From: Macrostomum hystrix
Lineage: Eukaryota; Animalia; Platyhelminthes
Reading direction: 5' to 3'
Assembly (NCBI GenBank): GCA_950097015.1
Contig: CATNEN010000038.1
Span: 18,290,001-18,354,000, forward strand
DNA length: 64,000 bases
Below are positions 48,582 to 60,500 of this stretch, piece by piece. Under the pieces are notes generated by a model. The model had not been told where the DNA came from. It saw nothing but the letters and a program-made list of their open reading frames with translations, and searched no databases. The position numbers and the translations under genes were made by a program. The first letter of the stretch is position 1. The number at the start of each line of letters is the position of its first letter.

Positions 48582-51500
48582 TCAATCGCTGCACATTGGC
48601 GGACACCAGATATTGCCGTGCGTGTCTGGCAGATCCCTATAAGCCAAGTCCAGGATCCAGGGCTTGTCTGGAAAACATAAACGGAATTTAAACAATGGAA
48701 AGTGACACTTTACACTAGATTGATTATCAAAAATCGAGGGCAAATATTCATAGATGTTTTAGCCCAGAGGTCGGCAAACTCCGGCCCGCGGGCCAGATGC
48801 GGCCCTCGAAGCTCCCAAATCCGGCCCGTTGCCCCTTCTGACATCTACAGTGTCCTGTTTCATCTCTCCCATGTCTAATCTCTCCCGTGTCTCATCGCTC
48901 TCGTATCTAATCTCTCCCGTGTCTAATCTCTCCCGCGTCTAATCTCTCCCGCGTCTAATCTCTTCCCTGTCTAATCTCTCCTGTGTCTAATCTCTCTCGT
49001 GTCCCATCTTTCCTGTGTCTCATCTCTCCCCTATCTCATTTATACAGTCAATGCGGCCCGCTGTCGTCTTTTAGGCTCTCTCTTTGGCCCGCCAGCAAAT
49101 AAGTTTGCCTACCCCTGTTTTAGCCATTCAGTCATTATATTTTCTGCGACTCAAGTTTTTGTGTCGCTGAATGGAAAATTCAAGCTGACACACGATGGAA
49201 TTAGCCGAATACCAAACTCGATCGAAGCCAGACAGAAATTGAAATCTTGTTTAGGACGGACAGAGTTTTTGCAAGGCCACTGTCTATCAGCCCATGACTA
49301 AAGTGTGTACTACGTTACAGATCGATAAAGACTCGATCATTGGAGAATGGAGCGAATTTAATTTAATTCAATTTATCAATATGAAGGCTACCGGATATAT
49401 CAATATGAAGGCTACCGGATATATCAATATGAAGGCTACCGGATATATCAATATGAAGGCTACCGGATATATCAATATGAAGGCTACCGGATATATCAAT
49501 ATGAAGGCTACCGGATATATCAATATGAAGGCTACCGGATATATCAATATGAAATTCAAAGCTTTCTAAGAAAGATCACATTTTTTATGAAATTGAAGTC
49601 ATTATTATTATCAGCTAATCTTTCCCCACTAATCCCACCTGAAGCTTTGTAGGGCTGTGGCGGCAAATCAAAAGGCACAGGCATGTAGTCCGTAGGGCTG
49701 GACGAATCCAACGAAAAGCACGGCAAACCCTGCGGGTATTTTAAACAAAATTATAATCTTTTATTTCTTAACACCCTTTTTAATTGCAATTTTTCTTCTA
49801 TTCCAACACAAAGGGTAGATAAGGGCAGTCCATTTTGTTCCTTCACTTATAGGATAGACTAGCAATCCATTCTATTCCTTCACCCATAGGATAGACCATG
49901 GGATAGACTAGCAATACATTATATTACTTCCCCCATGGGATAGACTAGCAATCCATTATATTACTTCACCCATGGGATAGACTAGCAATCCATTATATTA
50001 CTTCACCCATGAGATAGACTAGCAATCCATTCTGTTCCTTCACTCATGAGATAGACTAGCAATCCATTATATTCCTTCACGCATGGGATAGACTAGCAGT
50101 CCATTCTGTTCCTTCATTCATGGGATAGACTAGCAATCCATTCTGTTCCTTCATTCATGGGATAGACTAGCAGTCCATTCTGTTCCTTCACCCACGGCAT
50201 GGACGCGCACTCACAAACTGCTTGGCAACGAACAGCACGCCGATTTCATAGGACCGAATTACCAGCTGACTGCCCTTCTTTTCCAAGCAGCCCCAGGCCG
50301 CTTTTGACAGATTTGCGCTGAAAATAAATCAAAGGCAGAAGCTGGTAAGCTAAAAGTTGATTAGGTTATAAGACACGCATTAACCTACCTGGTGATGAGG
50401 TGCCAGCTGAGAGTGGTTGGCGAGGTCGAGGTGTCACAGCGCAGGTAGGACTTCATGTGTGGCATGGCGCGGCCGCGACCGGACGGACTAGCCGACCAGC
50501 AACTGGAATATGGGAGAAAGGTACATTTGCTAACCCGATAATCTAATCACTAATCCATCCGATATTCCCATCGCTAATCCCATTAACAAATCGCTAATCC
50601 ATCTAGCATTTCAATCGCTAATCTCTAATCTCTAATAGATACTCATATTGATACTCATATTCCCAAAGCTAATCTCTCAAGTATTCCCCTAGATAATCCC
50701 TCCAGTATTCCCCTAGATAATCCCTCCAGTATTCCCCTAGATAATCCCCCCAGTATTCCCGTAGCTAATCCCTCCAGTATTCCCGTAGCTAATCCCTCCA
50801 GTATTCCTGTAGCTAATCCCTCCAGTATTCCCGTAGCCAATCACTCCAGTATTCCCGTAGCTAATCCCTCCAGTATTCTCATAGCTCATCCCTCCAGTAT
50901 TCTCATAGCTAATCCCTCCAGTATTCTCGTAGCTAATCCCTCCAGTATTCTCATAGGTAATCCCTCCAGTATTCTCATAGGTAATCCCTCCAGTATTCCC
51001 GTAGCTAATCCCTCCAGTATTCTCATAGCTCATCCCTCCAGTATTCTCATAGCTAATCCCTCCAGTATTCTCATAGCTAATCCCTCCAGTATTCTCATAG
51101 CTAATCCCTCCAGTATTCTCATAGGTAATCCCTCCAGTATTCTCATAGGTAATCCCTCCAGTATTCCCGTAGCTAATCCCTCCAGTATTCCCGTAGCTAA
51201 TCCCTCCAGTATTCTCATAGCTAATCCCTCCAGTATTCTCATAGCTAATCCCTCCAGTATTCTCATAGCTAATCCCTCCAGTATTCTCATAGGTAATCCC
51301 TCCAGTATTCTCATAGGTAATCCCTCCAGTATTCCCGTAGCTAATCCCTCCAGTATTCCCGTAGCTAATCCCTCCAGTATTCTCATAGGTAATCCCTCCA
51401 GTATTCCCGTAGCTAATCCCTCCAGTATTCCCATAGCTAATCCCTCCAGTATTCCCATAGCTAATCCCTCCAGTATTCCTATGGCTAATCACTCCAGTAT

Positions 51501-54500
51501 TCCCGTAGCTAATCCCTCCAGTATTCCTATGGCTAATCCCTCCAGTATTCACGTAGCTAATCCCTCCAGTATTCCCATAGCTAATCCCTCCAGTATTCCT
51601 ATGGCTAATCCCTCCAGTATTCCTATGGCTAATCCCTCCAGTATTCCCGTAGCTAATCCCTCCAGTATTCACGTAGCTAATCCCTCCAGTTATTCCTATG
51701 GCTAATCCCTCCAGTATTCTCATAGGTAATCCCTCCAGTATTCTCATAGGTAATCCCTCCAGTATTCTCATAGGTAATCCCTCCAGTATTCTCATAGCTA
51801 ATCCCTCCAGTATTCTCATAGGTAATCCCCCCAGTATTCCCGTAGCTAACCAATTATTATTGTCAGTACAAATCTATCGAATATTCTTATTGAATTATAA
51901 TTGAATATTTAGATTGTAGTTCAATAAATATTACTTGCTATAGCTCAAGCAATCATTGTAACAACAAACGATAATAAACCCATATCGTTAATTATTTAAG
52001 CGACAATGAAAAGCTACAACACAACAAACAGTTATTCCCGCAACTCACTGAAGAAAGCCATTTAGCCACGGTTGCTGCCTCGCAACCGATTGTCTGTAGG
52101 GCAAGCTTCCGCCAGCCGGATAGCCTTCCAAACTCTGTCGGACATTGTCCTTGGTCGGGTAGATCTGCAGATTTAATGATTCTAATATAACAGTTTGTCA
52201 TCTACTCAGCATTTACTAAGAATAAAAACTTTTCTCCCACCATCTACCCCATTTCTCCCACAATCTACCCCGTTTCTTCCACAATCTACCACATTTCTCC
52301 CACAATCTACCCCATTTCTCCCACAATCTACCCCGTTTCTTCCACCATCTACCCCATTTCTTCCACAATCTACCCCGTTTCTTCCACAATCTACCCCATT
52401 TCTCCCACTATCTACCCCATTTTTCCCACTATCTACCCCATATATCCCACGGTCTACCCCAGCTGTCCCTCTGTCTACCCCATATTTGCTTCTGTCTACC
52501 TAATCCGCAGTTTATCTAGCCCATCTCTCACTTTGTCTACCTCTTTTGATTTCAAAACCCGTTTAATCCCGCGCTTTATTAATGCTAATTTTTCACATAC
52601 CGTATCCTGCGTGTCCTAATAACAGGCTTTTCATTAGCAATAAATTCTAAATAAACCAAATAAACATTTGTGGCGCAGCCGCGGAAAGAAGGCTTGGGAG
52701 TTTGTCGTGCAATTTACGCCCTTGAGGGCCAACCTCCAAGGCACAGTGAGAGTGTACACTGCCTGACGATGAGAAAGTCATGGCAGATGTACACACCTGT
52801 GTGCGTGTGTGCTCAGGAGTCAGCGAAATGGGCAGAATTGCCTCCTCGCTGGCTGCGGGTCTGGTGTCACCAAATGATGTGCCATTGCCCGCAGCCCTCC
52901 TGCAATTATTGTTATTATTATACTACGTCACTATGAACTGTCATTTTCCCAGATCCTCATTACGATCTGATTGTCTTCTAGATCCTCATTTAAAATCAGT
53001 GTTTTTTTAATATTCTTTATGAGCCATGAATTTCCATGAAAAATATACATTGTTAGTCTAAAGAGCTTTGTACTGTGAAATTGTCCAGTCAATCTTATCC
53101 GAAGCAATCTAATGGCTTTACGTCAGATTTCACTTTTTTATCTGGCAATATTACAACACTCTATGCATAAGATGGTTAAGAATCGAGAGACAGTTAATGG
53201 TTGAAGAAGCAAGTAATACTCGTAGGTTGGAAAATCTGCAACAGCTGCTAGCAATGAGTAGGCCTAATCCTACAGCAGATTATAACTCCTTAGATTTCGC
53301 TGAAGGGTAAAGTGTCTGTAGATTAGCTAGAGATTTGCGCGAATAGCTTAAATCTCCAGATCTAGACAGGATTAGCGCAAGATGATTCCCTCTGGTGCTC
53401 AGCAATCGGTTATGTGCTCAACAAAATCTGCTTGTAACATAGTGTATCAGCAGGCTAATTAGTTTCATAGTCTGCTAGCATTCCAGCTAAGAGTAGAAAT
53501 ATTTTTCTTACCTGGGAAAGGTTAGTCAGAAGACATAAGAACGTCTTAGTAGATAGATTAGGTGGCATGAGAAGATTCCGGGGAGGAGGGTGGGACAGTT
53601 AACAGATCCTGGGGAGGAGGGGTGGGGCAGTTAACAGATTCAGGGGAGGAGGGGTGGGACAGTTAACAGATACAGGGGAGGAGGGGAGGGGCAGTTAACA
53701 GATCCTGGGAGGATGGTGGGCAGTTAACAGATTCCGGGGAGGAGAGGTGGGGCAGTAAACAGATTCCGGGGAGGAGGGGTGGGGCAGTTAACAGATACAG
53801 GGGAGGAGGGGTGGGCAGTTAACAGATTCAGGGGAGGAGGGGTGGGACAGTTAACAGATCCTGGGAGGATGGTGGGCAGTTAACAGATTCCGGGGAGGAG
53901 AGGTGGGGCAGTAAACAGATTCCGGGGAGGAGGGGTGGGGCAGTTAACAGATACAGGGGAGGAGGGGTGGGCAGTTAACAGATTCAGGGGAGGAGGGGTG
54001 GGACAGTTAACAGATACAGGGGAGGAGGGGTGGGGCAGTTAACAGATTCCGGGGAGGAGGGGTGGGGCAGTTAACAGATTCCGGGGAGGAGGGGTGGGGC
54101 AGTTAACAGATTCCGGGGAGGAGGGGTGGGGCAGTTAACAGATACAGGGGAGGAGGGGTGGGGCAGTTAACAGATTCCGGGGAGGAGGGGTGGGGCAGTT
54201 AACAGATTCCGGGGAGGAGGGGTGGGGCAGTTAACAGATTCCGGGGAGGAGGGGTGGGGCAGTTAACAGATTCCGGGGAGGAGGGGTGGGGCATACAAAG
54301 CAGTTCAATGGCAAAGTTTTTGTTAGCTTGTGTTCAGTAAAAAGTTCAGATTGAAATGAAAAAAGCGTGACCTAGACTTCACAGACTTTCAAGACAAACA
54401 AATCTGTGACTGACATTCAACCAGGCAAATAACAGAGGGATCAGGACAATGCCAAAACCTAAGCAAGACTAGAGGGAGAGTGTGAGACAGACTTAAAAAA

Positions 54501-57500
54501 ACTGTTATTGAAATTGCGACTTCATAAATATATATACAACTAAATTGCAAATCGAAGACAAAGGTAGGAAGGAATGCTAACAAAACACCTTCTTTGTCTG
54601 TAAGACATCAATACTTTACTGCCTAGCCAATTTTTTAATAGCGCAGCAGAAAAAACATAATTATTAAACCGAGTGTCACTGACTTATTACACACCGACAA
54701 CAATATGACAGTCAGGTGACACATCATAACAAACAGATGACACAATATGATACACAGCTGACACTATGACAGACAGCTGACACACTATGACAGACAGCTG
54801 ACACACTGTGACAGACAGCTGACACAACTCACAGCTGACCAAAGCCTGTAACGTTCTCAACCTCCTCGCAATGAGTGATATAACACAGTAGTACAGTTAC
54901 CAATATCTTTTCTCCACTCACTATAAGATTGGACACTAGTCTACCCAACCTAATGAGTCGTGAGACTGGATCAGCGAAGTGGAACAGCAGTGGGGGCTAG
55001 CAGACAGAGGCAGAGAGACCCAGACAAAGATTGATGGGTAATTGACTAGAATTCATTATCGCACTAACGTGCTTGACAGTGCCAAACGCTGGGGAACAAG
55101 GATAATATAGCTACTATTGCACCCGATTGGGTTCTCAAATTTCAATAGACTTATATTAGTAGCATAGGACAGTAATTAGGCTAATTAGCTAATTCGATTT
55201 TATGGCCAGTTTCCTTCAATTAAAATGCCTCAGTACTACTCGCGCTAATTAGTAGCACCGTTGCGCATTAAATTTAATTAAAAATCATCTAACCAGCTTC
55301 AGGGCAGAGCCACGACTGCCGAGATTCGAGACAGTCGCTAGTCGACCGCCGGCGCTCAGGCTGCTGAAGAACTCTCCAGTCAGCCAGGACTCTGCGGTGG
55401 AGCCCAGCGAGCCAATGCTGGAGAACTGGCCAATCAGAGCGGTCGAGGAACTATCAGAGTCGAAGCTGAACCGGTTGAGAGTCTGCGGGGCAGAGATGGA
55501 GGGCAGACTGAGTATGCGGTGGAGTAGACAGCGGAAGGGAGGGAGGACGGATTGAGGATGCGGTGGAGTAAACAGCGGTAAAGAGATTGAGGACGGATTG
55601 AGGAAGCGGTGGAGTAGACAGCGGAAGGGAGAGGGAGGACGGATTGAGGATGCAGTGGAGTAGACAGCGGAAGGGAGAGGGAGGACGGATTGAGGATGCG
55701 GTGGAGTAGACAGCGGAAAAGAGATTGAGGACGGATTGAGGATGCAGTGGAGTAGACAGCGGAAGAGAGAGAGAGGACGGACTGAGGATGCGGTGGAGTA
55801 GACAGCGGAAGAGATAGAGAGAGGACGGACTGAGGATGCAGTGGAGTAGACAGCGGAAGAGAGAGAGAGAGGACGGACTGAGGATGCGATGGAGTAGACA
55901 GCGGAAGAGAGAGAGAGGACGGACTGAGGATGCGGTGGAGTAGACAGCGGAAGAGATAGAGAGAGGACGGACTGAGGATGCAGTGGAGTAGACAGCGGAA
56001 GAGAAAGGGAGGACGGACTGAGGATGCGGTGGAGTAGACAGCGGAAGAGAGAGAGGACGGACTGAGGATGCAGTGGAGTAGACAGCGGAAGAGAGAGAGG
56101 ACGGACTCAAGATGCAGTGGAGCAGACAGTGGAAGAGAGAATGGGCTGCAGAAGAGAAACTTATGAAAAAGTCATGAAAAACTTGAACTAATAAATTAAT
56201 TAATTCCAGAACTGCTGAAAGAGTATAAAAATTTCTGATTTTATCGATCGATACAACTAGAACACGTTTTAAACAATTGCAACAAACAATAAAAGGCAAA
56301 TTAAATTTCGTATCGCTTCACTGCCTGATTTTCACTAGCGTGTAAAATTCAGAGTTGAACACTTTCAGTTCTGAAGTAGTCGGGTTTAAAGTGGAAGAAA
56401 TACGGGCTATCATATAGTGGAGTGGGTACTAGAAGAACAAATTGAGGTTCAAGTAGCTAGCTAGCTATAAGATAAAATGCTCAGAAACAGAGTCAAAAGT
56501 ACACGCACTTTTTGAAACTGGATTAAACTGGATAATCTATTCCATGGGTTAAGGAATAGAATGGACTGCTAGTCTATCCCATTGTCTATCCCATGCGTGA
56601 AGGAATAGAATGGATTGATAGTCTATCCCATTGTCTATCCAATGGATGAAGGAATAGAATGGATTGCTAATCTATGCAATGGATGAAGGAATAGAATGGA
56701 TTGCTAATCTATTTCATCGATGAAGGAATAGAATGAGTTGCTAATCTATGCCATGGATTAAGGAATAGAATGGATTGCTAATCTATCTCATGGATGAAGG
56801 AATAGAATGGATTGCTAATCTATCTCATCGATGAAGGAATAGAATGGATTGCTAATCTATGACATGGATGAAGGAATAGAATGGATTGCTAATCTATGAC
56901 ATGGATGAAGGAATAGAATGAATTGCTAATCTATCTCATGGATGAAGGAATAGAATGGATTGCTAATCTATCTCATGGATGAAGGAATAGAATGGATTGA
57001 TAGTCTATCTCATTGATGAAGGAATAGAATGGATTGCTAATCTATCTCATGGATGAAGGAATAGAATGGATTGCTAATCGATCTCATGGATGAAGGAATA
57101 GAATGGATTGCTAATCGATCTCATGGATGAAGGAATAGAATGGATTGATAGTCTATCTCATGGATGAAGGAATAGAATGGATTGATAGTCTATCTCATGG
57201 ATGAAGGAATAGAATGGATTGCTAATCTATCTCATGGATGAAGGAATAGAATGGATTGCTAATCGATCTCATGGATGAAGGAATAGAATGGATTGCTAAT
57301 CGATCTCATGGAAGAAGGAATAGAATGGATTGGTAATCTATCTCATGGATGAAGGAATAGAATGGATTGATAGTCTATCTCATGGATGAAGGAATAGAAT
57401 GGATTGATAGTCTATCTCATGGATGAAGGAATAGAATGGATTGCTAATCTATCTCATGGATGAAGGAATAGAATGGATTGCTAATCTATCCCATGGATGA

Positions 57501-60500
57501 AGGAATAGAATGGATTGCTAATCTATCCCATGGATGAAGGAATAGAATGGATTGCTAATCTATCTCAATGGAATAGAATATAATGGAACAAAAAGAAGCG
57601 GCTTTCTAAAGCAGGGACTCAAAATCGGAAATTAGCATCCCGTCAGTGCTCAATAGGATGGGAAGTTTATCAGGTAAAATCCACACAGTGATGCTGCATA
57701 ATTTACAATCGTAGAAACAGCGCTTAGCAAACAGAGAGCAGAATTATTTTCTTAATTTTTTTCCGCCGGTTCCTACATTTTTTCCATTGCTGTGTAGAGT
57801 CCTAGTCACCAGATGTGGCTTACTGGTTGATTGGAACGCAGTGAGGTAGTTAAACACACACACAATGAGAGAGAGAGGAATATACATTCGCATGACGTTA
57901 GCAAAAAAATAGTTAGCGAAAGTGAAACAGACAGACATGAGAATTGAGAGCGGGCGGAAGGGAAGAGTTCGAGTCGCCTTCCTCATAAGTGGGATTTGTT
58001 TCTTTTCCAAACAAACAGGAAAATAATTTTTGGGGACGCGCAAGTATATACGGGTATTTCCCAGCGGGCTGAGGGCATATAGTTGAGCATGAGCCGAGAA
58101 TATTTGAGCTCGTTTTGGTCACTTTAAATGACGATATCTGGAGTAATGACCATTTAAATGACTGTGTGTGGGATAATGACCATTCGAACAAGCACATGTG
58201 GATCTAATGATTTTCCTAAACGATCATATGAGGAGTAATGATCTTGAAAAAAATCTGATATAATGTAATGACGCAGTAAAAAGACATGCAATCACAATCT
58301 GAAACATTTGGTCACTTACCCTTTGCAGCTTCAGATGACCAAATTCGTTTAGCAGTTCGGCCGAGTGCCTGCCCGGACAACTGGCGATGAGAAACACTCT
58401 GCAATGAGGCTGTGACCATGAGAAACACTGTGCAATGAGGCTGTGACCATAAGAAACACTGTGCAATGAGGCTGTGACCATGAGAAACACTCTACAATGA
58501 GGCTGTGATCATGAGAAACACTGTGCAATGAGGCTGTGACCATGAGAAACACTGTGCAATGAGGCTGTGACCATGAGAAACACTCTGCAATGAGGCTGTG
58601 ACCATGAGAAACACTGTGCAATGAGGCTGTGACCATGAGAAACACTGTGCAATGAGGCTGTGACCATGAGAAACACTGTGCAATGAGGCTGTGACCATGA
58701 GAAACACTGTGCAATGAGGCTGTGACCATGAGAAACACTGTGCAATGAGGCTGTGATCATGAGAAACATTGTGCAATGAGGCTGTGACCATGAGAAACAC
58801 TCTGCAATGAGGCTGTGACCATGAGAAACACTGTGCAATGAGGCTGTGACCATGAGAAACACTGTGCAATGAGGCTGTGACCATGAGAAACACTGTGCAA
58901 TGAGGCTGTGATCATGAGAAGCATTGTGCAATGAGGCTGTGACCATGAGAAACACTCTGCAATGAGGCTGTGACCATGAGAAACACTCTGCAATGAGGCT
59001 GTGACCATGAGAAACACTGTGCAATGAGGCTGTGACCATGAGAAACACTGTGCAATGAGGCTGTGACCATGAGAAACACTGTGCAATGAGGCTGTGACCA
59101 TGAGAAACACTCTGCAATGAGGCTGTGACCATGAGAAACACTCTGCAATGAGGCTGTGACCATGAGAAACACTGTGCAATGAGGCTGTGATCATGAGAAA
59201 CACTGTGCAATGAGGCTGTGACCATGAGAAACACTGTGCAATGAGGCTGTAATCATGAGAAACACTGTGCAATGAGGCTGTGACCATAAGAAACACTGTG
59301 CAATGAGGCTGTGACCATGAGAAACACTGTGCAATGAGGCTGTGACCATGAGAAACAGTGTGCAATGAGGCTGTGACCATGAGAAACTCTGTGCAATGAG
59401 GCTGTGACCATGAGAAACACTGTGCAATGAGGCTGTGACCATGAGAAACACTGTGCAATGAGGCTGTGACCATAAGAAACACTGTGCAATGAGGCTGTGA
59501 CCATGAGAAACACTGTGCAATGAGGCTGTGACCATGAGAAACACTGTGCAATGAGGCTGTGACCATGAGAAACACTGTGCAATGAGGCTGTGACCATGAG
59601 AAACACTGTGCAATGAGGATTTCACCTGAGTTCGGAGAAATCATAACCGTCGACAATGTCGGCCCAACGGCCAACTCGCGGATGTCGGTAGCGTCGAAGG
59701 TAGCGACTCAAATCGGCTCGAAATTCCGTTGACGAATCGTTTGACGCTGCACCGGCGGGTTTGAGCAATGGACTCAACCAACCGCTGCAGGTAGGAAAAG
59801 AAAGTATTGTTTAATCATTAATTTAACAGCTTGGTGAACTGTTTTGCTAAAGGATACAAATTATTGCAGTGGTGTCAGAGAACGAACCCCCGACCTTCAA
59901 GTCGTGAGTCTCGACTATAGTTTTCTTGATTTGCGAAGCAGGAAACAAAAGATAAAAATGCTTGAAATTGACCTTGAAAAAAATAATGACTTGGCTCGTT
60001 CGATTCCTGTCCGATTTCCGTACCGAGTCAAACTGAATTAACCCAGTCTAGAGTTTGGCCTACTTGAAGCCTATAAACAATGTCTTACAAGTTCAGAGTG
60101 CCCGATATTAATATTGGTTGCTTTTGTGTCTCGCATTTAAATGAAAATTCTGCCACAGACAGATATACAAATGTAATTAGACTTTAGGATTCATTCCGAA
60201 TGAATTTGACAGCCGAAGAGAAAACTTCATTTCGGATTATAGCTGATTAGCGAAAAAGTAATGCTCATTAAAGGTTGCCAGACAAGCAACGATACAGCTA
60301 ACATTTTACTTTGAAGTCTGTTAGGGGAAAATAGATTGTCTTACGTCACATCCATAGCTTCAGAAATGCTATAGGGTTAATTAGCAACACAGGAGCTCAA
60401 ACAATCTGCGACTCAAACAGCTCATAGAAACTGCTTATTTTGACACATTGTGCCTCGAATCTAAAGAATGCAATTATATAATCGTTAGTCTGCCGTCGAA

